Shown: positions 21,335 through 32,250 of the stretch, piece by piece
Layout: the number at the start of each line of letters is the position of its first letter
How positions within the stretch are numbered: position 1 is the stretch's first letter
Source of the DNA: a cyanobacterium endosymbiont of Rhopalodia gibba
GTDB taxonomy: Bacteria > Cyanobacteriota > Cyanobacteriia > Cyanobacteriales > Microcystaceae
DNA length: 64,000 nucleotides
Assembly: GCA_045159875.1 (NCBI GenBank)
Contig: CP067995.1
Coordinates: 1,920,001 to 1,984,000, forward strand
Reading direction: 5' to 3'
Made by a program: the position numbers and the translations under genes
The notes under the pieces: model-generated
What the model was told of the DNA's origin: nothing
Seen by the model: only the letters and a program-made list of their open reading frames with translations
The model's database searches: none

Positions 21335-22267
21335 AAGTTAAAAACTAGTAATTATTAGATACTAGTCTAGCCCCCAAAAAAAGTTAGCAAAATTGAAAGA
21401 GTAATAACCTTAAAACTTAACTAATGACCCTGCGAATAAAATCTAAAACAAGGACAATATTTAAGTTTTTAAGCGTAAGTTTTAAGCGATGAAAAATTAA
21501 GAAAAAATGTAGTTTATGTAATTTTTTTTAAAAATATTTGTCTATTTTTTTTAAGAGATAGATGCTTTAAGTAAAAAAAAATGTACTTTTTTATGAAAGT
21601 TAGAAGAAAGATAATTTGGAATTAAGAAGAAATAAAAATTTTCTATTTTATTTAAAGATAAAGATAAAAGTTTAATTAACTCTCGAAAAAATCTGTAATT
21701 CTTTAGAAAAGAGCCATAAATAAACAAGGCTAAAAATTAAAAATAATAATTTTATTAAAAAGAATTAAATATGAATGTAATCCTACAAAGGTGGTTTATA
21801 TTTCTGCCCAAGACATTATTATAATTAGAGTAATCAAATAATTTTAAATTTAACTCTACTTAAATAAATTCTAATTTTCTTAGAAAACCTATATTTGCTG
21901 TATGCATAAATATAAAAAAAAATTTATTGTTGAGTATAAATCTAGAATACTTCTCAATAAGTCAACTCAATTAGCAGCTAATAACTTCTGAAATTATTTT
22001 TTTGACCGTGTTATACAACTCCAAAAATTTAATTTTTATAAAAATTAAGTTTTTAAGCTCTCGAAAATCTCGCAAAGCAAAACTTCATAGTTGATTTAGA
22101 TAGTCTACAAGTTTCTCTACGAACAAACATTTGTAAATTTATTATAATAATTGTAATTATTTGTAATTTATAAGCCTTTAAAGAGCACTAATCAAGACAA
22201 GATCGAGATTAGAATAGAGAACAGAGATACCTGTCTTGATTTGGACAGAATCACCCCCGTTAGGCTG

Positions 22268-24799
22268 ATGCTGACACTAAAACAATTTCTGTACCCTGTC
22301 CCGATTTGTCAATCTTCTATCACCATTCAAGAGATTACTACCCTATTTCGCTCAGGGAACTATGAGGGAGTAGTAATGGTAGATTGTGCCCAAAAGCCAT
22401 TAGGTATGGTCTCTGTCCATTATCTTCTTTCTTTACTGCTACAACAGTCTTTCGAGGCTATGTCTTCATCGTCTAGGTTTTCTCAAAAAAATAGTCAAGT
22501 ATCTCAATCGTTGACGCTAGATAACTTGGAGAACTTCTTAACTCCTTTAGTACTTATTCCTGATGACTTAAAAGTAATAGATTTTTCTGTCTATTTACAA
22601 GACAAAAATATTGACCCAACAACTTCTCCCACCTATGGACTTGTGAATGATAGTGGAAATTTTCAGGGACTTCTCGATAGCCGAAAATTGCTAAAAGCTT
22701 TTTTGACTCAAACCCTTCCTATTGCCCCTCAACCGTCTTCATTATTCGCCTCAGGATCGTTACTGATAGAATTGTTAGAGCCATTTCCCCTACCCGTTAT
22801 ATTACAAACAAAACAGGGAAATATAATACAACAAAATTACACGTGGCGTGAGCAAATTGGGCAGTTGATTCTCCCCAATAATGCTATTGTTTGCTTTTTA
22901 TCAAGCAAAAAACTACAATCCCTCTCAGATCAAGTTGTCGCAGTTGCCCAAACTCCCACCTTCCACTTTCCTTCACCCTACTACTTAGCAGACCGCTCTT
23001 CTCTAACGACTCACCCTTCTTGTTCTCAATGGTTTCAATCTGTTCCTGAGAAGTGTAACCCTCAAGATTTTCTAACCAATACCAATTCGTTACATTCTCT
23101 TTCGCCTTCTCCTGGCTCATTGATCGATCATAATCTGAGCAAAGAAAGAGTTTGCAAATTTGTTAGATGTCCCTTAAACACAAAAGATGGAGAAGTTTCT
23201 CTAGTCTTAGCCACTGATGTAACAGAACAGCAAAAGCTGTGTCAAGAATTAGCGGCAAAGAATGCTGATTTAGTTCAGCTCAATCGTCTCAAAGATGAAT
23301 TCCTCGCTTGTATTAGCCACGAGTTCAAGTCTCCTCTCACAGCAGTGCTGGGATTGTCGAGTCTTTTGAGGGAACAAAAAGTTGGTAAACTTAATCCTCG
23401 TCAAGTCCATTATGCCCAGTCAATTTACCGCAGTAGCCGTCAGTTAATGACTATAGTGAACGATTTACTTGATCTCACTCACTTAGAGACAGGGAAGCTT
23501 AAGTTAACCTTTATCTCACTTAATATCCGAAGTGTCTGTGAACGAGCCTACCATTCCATTGCTGAAAAATACCAGGACAAAATCGATAACTCCATATCAT
23601 TTTCCTTAGAAATAGAACCAGGATTAAAGTTTTTATTGGCCGATGAACTGCGTTTACATCAGATGTTAGTGCATTTATTAGATAATGCTATAAAATTTAG
23701 CAAATCTGCTGGATCAGTCGGCATAAAAGTAAATTACTGGGATAATTGGGTTGCGTTCAATGTTTGGGATACAGGCATTGGCATTCCTGAAGAATTCCAA
23801 CACTTGATCTTTCAGAAATTCCAAAAATTAGAAAATCCGTTGACCCGTAAATTAGAAGGGACTGGCTTAGGACTGGTACTAACTCAACGCTTAGCAAGAG
23901 CTCATGGGGGTGAGATCTCTTTTATTTCTAAAATAGGACAGGGAAGTCAGTTTACACTACTGTTGCCCCCTGATGCTAAATTTCAGGATAAGAAACATTA
24001 TCATCAATCTTCTCCAACTCCTTATCCCCTAGTGTTGATTGTCGAAGCCATTCCTCAATGTATAGAAAATTTAATGGGTAAGCTGAATGAATTAGGCTAT
24101 CGAGTGGTTATCGCCCGTACTGGCACAGACGCAGTGGAAAAAGCACGACGATTACGTCCCTATGCTATTTTGCTAAATCCCTTATTACCCTTACTATCGG
24201 GGTGGGACGTATTGACACTACTCAAATCTGATCCCCGAACTCGGAAAATTCGCGTCTTTATGACAACCACTGAGAATCGTCAACTTTTAAAAGAACGAAA
24301 TCAAGCGGACGGCTTTGTATCGGTTCCCCTCGATTCATCAGTGTTAAAAACAATTTTAGGGAAAGTTAATCCTCTAAAAAAGACTTCTGATCGTGCTTTA
24401 ACTGTATTAAGTCTTTGTCCTAACTGTCCTGATGACAAAACTAACCCTGTTCTATGCTCTCCCCTAAACTGGGCGTTAACGAACTTGTCCTCTCAATTCA
24501 ATCATCGTATTCTCGAAAGCGATGATCTCGAACAAGCACAAGTATTAATCAATGTTTGGCAAGTAGATGTAATAGTCTTAGATGGACGTTGTCTTGATGA
24601 TCCAACCGATTACGTACAATCACTTTCTGAACAATCCAGACTAGCTGAGTTACCCTTAGTCACCTTAGACCTAAAAACAACCAAAGCAGCCAATCGGGTT
24701 AAGAATTTATCTGTCTTTCCTTGCTTAATTCCTCGTAATCAGCAAAATAATCAGCAATTATGGCAGATAATTTCTATCGCTGTCTCAAGTACGCTTTAA
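22268..24799 (+). CDS. Hybrid sensor histidine kinase (CBS-like N-terminus, HisKA, HATPase, degenerate receiver domains)
   Basis: FLACISHEFKSPL H-box, HLLDNAIKF, DTGIGI, GTGLGL; receiver-like LIVEA...ILLNPLLP. ATG 22268 chosen over TTG 22241. Confidence 0.9.
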   Translation: MLTLKQFLYPVPICQSSITIQEITTLFRSGNYEGVVMVDCAQKPLGMVSVHYLLSLLLQQSFEAMSSSSRFSQKNSQVSQSLTLDNLENFLTPLVLIPDDLKVIDFSVYLQDKNIDPTTSPTYGLVNDSGNFQGLLDSRKLLKAFLTQTLPIAPQPSSLFASGSLLIELLEPFPLPVILQTKQGNIIQQNYTWREQIGQLILPNNAIVCFLSSKKLQSLSDQVVAVAQTPTFHFPSPYYLADRSSLTTHPSCSQWFQSVPEKCNPQDFLTNTNSLHSLSPSPGSLIDHNLSKERVCKFVRCPLNTKDGEVSLVLATDVTEQQKLCQELAAKNADLVQLNRLKDEFLACISHEFKSPLTAVLGLSSLLREQKVGKLNPRQVHYAQSIYRSSRQLMTIVNDLLDLTHLETGKLKLTFISLNIRSVCERAYHSIAEKYQDKIDNSISFSLEIEPGLKFLLADELRLHQMLVHLLDNAIKFSKSAGSVGIKVNYWDNWVAFNVWDTGIGIPEEFQHLIFQKFQKLENPLTRKLEGTGLGLVLTQRLARAHGGEISFISKIGQGSQFTLLLPPDAKFQDKKHYHQSSPTPYPLVLIVEAIPQCIENLMGKLNELGYRVVIARTGTDAVEKARRLRPYAILLNPLLPLLSGWDVLTLLKSDPRTRKIRVFMTTTENRQLLKERNQADGFVSVPLDSSVLKTILGKVNPLKKTSDRALTVLSLCPNCPDDKTNPVLCSPLNWALTNLSSQFNHRILESDDLEQAQVLINVWQVDVIVLDGRCLDDPTDYVQSLSEQSRLAELPLVTLDLKTTKAANRVKNLSVFPCLIPRNQQNNQQLWQIISIAVSSTL

Positions 24800-25143
24800 G
24801 ATTCCTAAATAGTGGTGTACGGCGGTTGATAAACTCCTTCGATGAATTCTAAATGGGTTAATTGGGTCTTTAGCTTCCACATGGAGAACCTCCTGCTATA
24901 AACAAAAGGAAACGCGTCGAACCGTAGAGTAATTTCACAATATATTCGGTCTGAGATAGAAATGCGCTCAAGGACTAGCGACTAAAGCTGATAAAAAGTT
25001 GACGGTGCTGACTGTGGAGGTATCTAGGTGGGAGCGGTAAATGGGAGTGTTTTCTATCTAGAAAACATAGTTAATACATGGTGAAGTAGTAGGGTTCTAT
25101 TGCGATGGATAAAAAGCCCGCACCTATCAAAACTGTCAATAGT

Positions 25144-25794
25144 CTAACGCCCTAAATCATGCATTTTGTTAATAGCCATAGCACATTGTTGGGTAACGGC
25201 TGTTAATTCGGTACGTTTAACTGATTTAGGGGGATCGATTAAGGTTCCAATGCGCAGAGTAACAGGAACAGGAAGGGGAATACTAACTCCTTTGGGTAGA
25301 ATTTTATGGGTTCCCCATAAACAGACTGGAAGTAGAGGAAGTTGAGCTTTAGCAGCAATCATGGCTGCTCCCAATTTAGGTTCATGAATACGACCATCTG
25401 TTGTGCGAGTTCCTTCAAGGAAAATACCTACAATCCATCCTTCTTTGAGAGCATTCAAGGCGGCTCGAATTGCCCCGCGATCACCTAAACTACGTTTGAC
25501 AGGATAAGCTCCATATAACTTAATTCCCTCCTTGAGAAAGGGAATCTCAAATAACTCTTGTTTAGCCATATATGCTACAGGACGACCAACTCCACTGCCC
25601 AAAATAGGGGGATCAAAGTAACTAGCGTGGTTACTGACAATAATTAAAGGATTTTTTAGCGGAACGTTTTCAAGTCCATAAATCTTTCCTCGGAAATAAG
25701 TATAGAAAATTGGAGCAATAATAATTCCCTTAAATAAATAATAAAGAATTAAATTTTTAAGAGTTTCTCGTTCACGAAATTCACTGTTAGACAT
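25144..25794 (-). CDS. plsC: 1-acyl-sn-glycerol-3-phosphate acyltransferase
   Basis: NHASYFDPP (HX4D) and FLEGTRT motifs. Confidence 0.95.
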   Translation of the reverse strand: MSNSEFRERETLKNLILYYLFKGIIIAPIFYTYFRGKIYGLENVPLKNPLIIVSNHASYFDPPILGSGVGRPVAYMAKQELFEIPFLKEGIKLYGAYPVKRSLGDRGAIRAALNALKEGWIVGIFLEGTRTTDGRIHEPKLGAAMIAAKAQLPLLPVCLWGTHKILPKGVSIPLPVPVTLRIGTLIDPPKSVKRTELTAVTQQCAMAINKMHDLGR

Positions 25795-25828
25795 GGTGAT
25801 TACTTATCTTTTCCTAAATTTTTTCCCT

Positions 25829-26420
25829 CTAATCAAGCCGCCCTATATTTTCATCGGTTAGTTCCTCATTAGATAACGAGGGTGCAACATAACGTCCACA
25901 TGAGCGCAATTGGTGACTTGTCTTAAGTTCCTTTAGTTTTTAGAACCATTGCTGCTTGAGACTTAAGAGAAGAGCTAGAGAAATGTAATTTTTTGGCTAC
26001 TTCAGTTTTGAGTTTATCAATCACTTGTTGTTGTTCAACTAATTGAATATCCATCTCTTCCTTTTTTTTTCGTTGTGTGTAAAGCTTTTCAAATAGTTGT
26101 TTGTGTTCTTTCAATTCTGCCTGGTATTGATTCACTTTGTGAGTATCCAGCTTAAGAGTTGTGACCAATATTTTTTCTTGTTCTAAGCTCATTTGTAGAT
26201 CATTAATTTGTTGATTAGTTTTATCTAAAGTTTCGGTTAATTTCCTGATTTTAACTTCGAGTTCAGCTTTAGTCATGTGACTTAATCTAGAATTGATCGT
26301 GAATTGCGATGAGAGGAGAGTCTGAGAACTTTTTTCTTTAGTTCTATCGGAAGTATTTTCATGAGCATCTAAGAAAGCTTCTTTCCTTAAGAAATCAGAT
26401 AAGCTTTTTTTTGTCATCAT
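25829..26420 (-). pseudogene. mcdB: McdB-like coiled-coil protein with frameshifted C-terminus (165-aa ORF ends at 25923)
   Basis: N-terminus MMTKKSLSDFLRKEA and Q/K/E-rich coiled coil. A shifted frame continues KELKTSHQLRSCGRYVAPSLSNEELTDENIGRLD* to 25829. Start overlaps the stop of the upstream parA-like gene (ATGA). Confidence 0.6.
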
Positions 26421-27090
26421 TTACTCCAATTTCGTTGTAACTCTTCTGTTACCCTGCGATAATGTGCTTGAGCTTCTTTGGAGAGGGAAACCCGCCATTC
26501 TGTAATAGGAAGTTTTTCCAATGCCGCTCGTTTATAGGCTTTATACTGACGAATATAAAGTATAGCAAGTGGTAATTTTCAATTCTATGAGGATGTTTTG
26601 TGCCACTAAGGTTTCTTTAAGGCGACGGGAAGCTACCTTAGTGGCACAAAATCAGGTGAGCAGTTTTAGGCGGCACTACCATGGTGTGTACTGTCCCAAT
26701 TAAAGTCCTTAAATCCATCTAAGTTGGTGGGGTAGGCAAAATTCAATAATCAGCAGACATAATCACAGTTTTTATGGCTTCTGAACGCAATGCTGGAAGT
26801 GTATTCACAATAAAAAGTCTATAATTGCTGATTTAACAGATTTTTATTGATCATTTAGGATTATTTTCTTTCGTTAAATCAAAGTCCATACTTTCTTTGC
26901 CAGGTCCCGTCCACCCAGTGGCAGACTTCTGAGGCTCAGAATCTACTAACAAAACTTCTTATTTTTTTGCTAGAATAGCCGCCCAATTGACGGCTGTAGT
27001 AGTTTTATCTACGCCACCTTGACCGTTAACGACGGCGAGAATAATCGTTTTTGACAAAGACGATGCTAAGGAAGATTTTTTCTGGCTCAT
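26417..27090 (-). pseudogene. mcdA: ParA/MinD-family ATPase pseudogene (McdA-like)
   Basis: MSQKK...ILAVVNGQGGVDKTTTAVN (mutated Walker A), VLLVD, VNTLPALRSEA, ILPTPP, AYKRAALE, HYRRVTEELQRNWSK*. At least five in-frame stops plus frameshifts. The ParA family is secure; the McdA name is inferred. Confidence 0.8.
26596..26651. repeat. Perfect 17-bp inverted repeat with 22-nt spacer inside the parA/mcdA pseudogene
   Basis: TTTTGTGCCACTAAGGT ... ACCTTAGTGGCACAAAA. Confidence 0.93.
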
Positions 27091-28094
27091 AGTTCGTTTT
27101 TGCTACATAGATAATTCTTTTCACCATATCATGGGGGCTGACCTTTGCTCATTAATTGTCATCAAGCTAGATTGAATAATAGTGTCTCACTATTATTTAG
27201 AAAATCTTTCTCTTGGAAGATTCTTTAAGTGATCAATGCCCGCTCCATATCTAGCATGAGTAAGTGAATTTAAATAAATTTAAAAATAAAAAAGTAGTTA
27301 AAGAAGAGCGATCTTCTATATATCAGCCTGTCTAAAAATTAAGCTAACATAATTAGAAGGACAAACACTATACAAAGTTAACTAGACAATTGACTAGCGA
27401 CCTTAAAATTCTCTCCAAAACTAGAATAAGATTATAAATATAATATTTTAATTCAAGAGTATGAGAATTTAAAGAAATAGTAAAATAAGTGAATTTATTA
27501 CTAAAAATATTACTTAGAGAATAACCAAAAAATAATTTTTAGATAGACTATTCAACAAAAATACGAATTAAAAGAGTCTCCAAAAAGCAGAAAAAAATAG
27601 GGCAAAAAACCATAAAATATCTTGTTAAAAGATAAAAAAATGATCATAAATAATAATTATTATAAACTTTAAAAGCTAAAAAATCTAAATTAATTATCTA
27701 AAAAATATGTAATTTTTTTAAAAAAAGCTGTAAATTTAAAAAAATAAAATCTATTAATAGAATTAATCCGTACTAGAGTCAAAAAAATTGTAAAAAAAAA
27801 AATAAAAATTTTTGTTGTATATCCGTAGTTTAGTTAAAGTTAAATTGTTAAGATTTAAAGTAAAAAAAGGATATTAATTTACTTTATTTTGATAAAAAAC
27901 TATGCCAAAAAGGGAATGTAATTAAACAAAAATAATGAAATTATTGGAAGGATATCTAAAAATAAATATGATAACGTCTACACATTCTCTGGCTGTTTAA
28001 AATTTAGGAAACATTTGTTTAATTGAAGTTTTATAACTGATGATAAATTTTATTTAATTTTAGAGAGTAAGAAGAAAAAAAACTATAGTTATCC

Positions 28095-28140
28095 ATATTT
28101 TTACCATGTTTATAATGTTTTATAAACATGGTAAAAATAT
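28095..28140. repeat. Perfect 21-bp inverted repeat with 4-nt loop
   Basis: ATATTTTTACCATGTTTATAA-tgtt-TTATAAACATGGTAAAAATAT. Confidence 0.95.
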
Positions 28141-28807
28141 TTACTGGTTATTATCAAAAAATTTCTATTATAATCCATTTTATTATTTAAACCGGTAAAA
28201 ATTTTTATCTTTTTTAAGTACTAATCTTAATAATTTTTCCTTTTATTTTTTGAGACTATAACCACATAAATATTTTTTCCATTTTATTACATAAAAAATT
28301 TATCTAGATATCCTCTTTTTATTAAAGTTTCTAGTTTTTTTATTTTCAAATGCAAAAAATATATACTATTTAGTAATATTATTTGCCTATAATTTAGGTT
28401 TTTATACGATAAATATTTTTAATTTTTATTTGTTTCTAGAATCACTATATTTTCCTTGTTTTATTATTTTTAAATTAAATATAACCGTATTACTGTATAT
28501 TTTTTATCTTAGCATTAAATTTAAAGCAATATAACTAGGTTAAAATAAACAATATCAATCTATTTAAACTCTTTTTCTTTGATTTTCATTAAAAGACATT
28601 AACACAATTAATAGCGCTAGCTTGACTATTTAATTACTTATTTTTTGAGTAAATATATTTTGCTTATTAGTGAATAAAAGCTATTAAAACTATTTCTTTT
28701 TAGACTTTATTAATAAATAGTTTTACTAAAAAAATATAAAAATACAAGTACAAAAATAAAGTTTTATTGCTACCAATAGATTTGCAAAGAATTACAATCA
28801 TAATATA

Positions 28808-29451
28808 GATAACTCATGATAACATAAGTATACAAACCGGTTAATTATACTTCTATCAGTTACTTAGTTAATTGTTCAATTTAAATTTTTAGTATTCTAA
28901 AATTACCAAATTAGCAAATTATTTTTAATAAACAGCTATTGATGAAGTTCAAATCAAAAGACTAAGATTATAAAAATAATTTTTTCCGTAAACTTCATTA
29001 TTTTTAAAATCTTTATTGCTTTATGAGCTGGTAAATTTTTAGTAAATTTTCCATAGAACCGTCTTCCTTCGGTTACTCAAGTACAATAACAAATCATGGT
29101 TAAATAAACTTTGATTTTCTCAATACTAACTAGGTCTTAAAGTTCAAGTTATTCCAATGTTATCAAATATTTTTGTCTCAGAAAAAGTGTTTGTTTTAGG
29201 TGAACCTGAATTTTTAGATCAGACGATACACGGTAAAAATATTAACTGTAATATCTATTTTTTATGTAAGTAAGTTCTTAGTTTTTGTAGAGTAGTACCG
29301 CTATTTTGTTATAGCAATTATTGTATAACATTAAGCTGTTCTATTTCAATTAAAAATACTTTTTTAAACTATCAAATAAGGCTTTACACTTTTTGCTACT
29401 TTACTTTATAACGTCTAAGGAGAAGACTGACAAAACTATAACTGAGTTGAC
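28808..29451 (-). mobile_element. Left arm of a ~644-bp inverted duplication; IS630 transposase relic
   Basis: Reverse complement matches 30822-31466 almost base for base in every segment I compared. Translates to QLSYSFVSLLLRRYK, TTLQKLRTYL, VYLTM...EGRRFYGK and KNLPAHKAIKI, with many stops. Confidence 0.88.
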
Positions 29452-29503
29452 GATTCACTGCTAGTTAACGCCGATTTTTTTCTTAAAATACAGAAAGTTC
29501 AGA

Positions 29504-30376
29504 TCACATTTTTCCTAAAATAAACCTGGCCCACCAAAAAGGAATTAAAATTGCTAAAGCGACCCAATCCCATTGAATTAAGCGTAATTGATACCATTGA
29601 ACTCGGTGTTCATTAGGAGTTGTAAACCCTCTGACTTCCATAGCGACGGCAATCTCTTCAGCCCGCATCAGCAAATTTTCTAATAATTTTTCAACTACAA
29701 CTAGCCAGACCTGCAAAGCGCGCTTAATTCCTAATTTTTTCCAATTAATTGCCCTAGTCCGAATTGATCTGGCTAAATTTTGTAACTCTTCTAACACCAG
29801 GGGAATAAACCTTAACGAAAGAGTTAGAGTTAGCATAATTTCTGTAATGGGTAGTTTAAGATGACGCAAAGGTTCTAGTATATATTCTAGCCCAGTAGTA
29901 ATTTCTTCTGGAGCAGTAGTTAAAAGATAAAGGTTAGTGCTATAAATAAGGATAAAAATTAGGGTACTGATACGAATTCCTAACTCAACAGATCGACGGG
30001 TAATCAACCGCCCTTTATCAAATAAAACATAGTTATAACCAGTAGGCTGTGGTAAAGATAAGTCACCATCCAAGAGTCGAGGTTGAGTATTGACCGCTAA
30101 ACCATCAGGGGCAATTGCTGTAATTATAAATATGAGAATTGAGAGAATGATTAACCAGCCCATTTGTTGTCGCCAGACTCTTAGTGGAATCCGAGCAGCT
30201 ATGGTCAATAATATTAGAATTCCAACAACTCCAAGTTGCCAGAGAGGGTGAGCTAAAATTGGGGAAGCGAGAAAGGTCATTAACCAGACTAACTTCACTC
30301 TAGGATCGAGTTGATGTAACCAAGTGATAGGTTTTTCGAGATAGAGTCCGATGGGAAGTGATCGCAGTAAGTCCAT
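29504..30376 (-). CDS. ecfT: ECF transporter transmembrane T component (EcfT/CbiQ family)
   Basis: MDLLRSLPIGLY, LHQLDPRVK, LSLRFIPLV and AMEVRGF motifs; ATG at 30376. Confidence 0.9.
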   Translation of the reverse strand: MDLLRSLPIGLYLEKPITWLHQLDPRVKLVWLMTFLASPILAHPLWQLGVVGILILLTIAARIPLRVWRQQMGWLIILSILIFIITAIAPDGLAVNTQPRLLDGDLSLPQPTGYNYVLFDKGRLITRRSVELGIRISTLIFILIYSTNLYLLTTAPEEITTGLEYILEPLRHLKLPITEIMLTLTLSLRFIPLVLEELQNLARSIRTRAINWKKLGIKRALQVWLVVVEKLLENLLMRAEEIAVAMEVRGFTTPNEHRVQWYQLRLIQWDWVALAILIPFWWARFILGKM

Positions 30377-30821
30377 AGTAAACAATTTAGACTATTATCT
30401 TCAACCTCAAAAAAATAACAGTTAATGTAAATATGAACAAGGTAAATACGGACAAGGTTATTTTTTTCTATATGGACCCATTCTATCATAGCTGATTAAT
30501 TTCTTGAGTTATTTTTTAAAAAATTAGAGTACAGTATTAAATAATTAATTTTTTTAACTTAAGAGTTTTTACTAATTAGTGAGATCATAAGAATGTTTTT
30601 TATAAAATTATCTTTGTTGTCTAAATTGTTTAATGCTTCAGTTATAGTCTTAAGAGACTAGAGAATTTCTTCTTGTCAAAGATAAGTATATATCCAAGAG
30701 TCTTAACCTTTACCGGGAGACTTATTTATTAGTAAAGTTGTACTCCATAAATATTCCTATTAAAACTTAGATAAACTAACAGGTAAGACCAATCAATTAA
30801 CTTGACAACTAGTAGTAAATT

Positions 30822-31466
30822 GTCAACTCAGTTATAGTTTTGTCAGTCTTCTCCTTAGACGTTATAAAGTAAAGTAGCAAAAAGTGTAAAGCCTTATTTG
30901 ATAGTTTAAAAAAGTATTTTTAATTGAAATAGAACAGCTTAATGTTATACAATAATTGCTATAACAAAATAGCGGTACTACTCTACAAAAACTAAGAACT
31001 TACTTACATAAAAAATAGATATTACAGTTAATATTTTTACCGTGTATCGTCTGATCTAAAAATTCAGGTTCACCTAAAACAAACACTTTTTCTGAGACAA
31101 AAATATTTGATAACATTGGAATAACTTGAACTTTAAGACCTAGTTAGTATTGAGAAAATCAAAGTTTATTTAACCATGATTTGTTATTGTACTTGAGTAA
31201 CCGAAGGAAGACGGTTCTATGGAAAATTTACTAAAAATTTACCAGCTCATAAAGCAATAAAGATTTTAAAAATAATGAAGTTTACGGAAAAAATTATTTT
31301 TATAATCTTAGTCTTTTGATTTGAACTTCATCAATAGCTGTTTATTAAAAATAATTTGCTAATTTGGTAATTTTAGAATACTAAAAATTTAAATTGAACA
31401 ATTAACTAAGTAACTGAATAAAAGCATAATTAACTGGTTTGTATACTTATGTTATCATGAGTTATC
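30822..31466 (+). mobile_element. Right arm of the inverted duplication; IS630 transposase relic (homology extends left to about 30740)
   Basis: As for the left arm. A few mismatches were seen only near the edges (about 31415-31436 and 30807-30821). Confidence 0.88.
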
Positions 31467-32250
31467 CAATTAAAAAAAGTTATAAATGTATACAATTAGC
31501 TTGGTTAAAATTAAATTAAAATAATAGGGGGGAAAAATAATATTTCTTTGTATAAAATTACAGTTCAGAAGTTTTCTTGATAGAAGGAACATGGCATCTA
31601 ATAAAAATTAGAAAATTGTCATAATCATATCTAAAAAAAGATCTAATTTAGCTAGGGTAGTTAAACAGAGAGTGGCATAAAAGTAGTATTTTTAAATATA
31701 TATTAAAGCAATATAAATTTTACTTTAATTCCTTCAATGTGAAGATACAATACAATTAAAGTTGTCGACATTTATTTAATGTCATTTACTCAAAGTTGAA
31801 GTTAATGCCGCCGATTAACTTTTCGCCATCTTTTATCGTCTTCCCCTTGTGAATTTTAAATTAACGGAAACTCTTTAACTATTCTATTAATAAATACAGC
31901 GAGATTTATCAACGAACTTTTTCGTCATTAATCAATAATCAATACTTTTCAGGCTTCTCTAGGGTAAGAAAGTTGCTGAAGCGAATGCCTTTCTCTGTGT
32001 GATTGACTGGTCTCACCGAGTCTGGGAACTTTAGGTTGAATCAGTTATGATAGTTTTGGCAAAAATGTCCCTAACTCTTATGTCGATGTTGTTGACAGTT
32101 AATACAATTGATTAGATAAAAGGTGCATTTTCGAACAGACTAAGTCTAGATATTCCTAATCTGTATTAATTTACCTGAGTAAGTAATTTCGGTTATAAAC
32201 TTTACACCAAAAGTTAGGGGATTTGATTTACCTACACGCATTTAGATACT

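Noticed and set aside
30295..30489. 64-aa ORF overlapping the ecfT start
   Set aside because: Overlaps ecfT in another frame and has no protein-like features.
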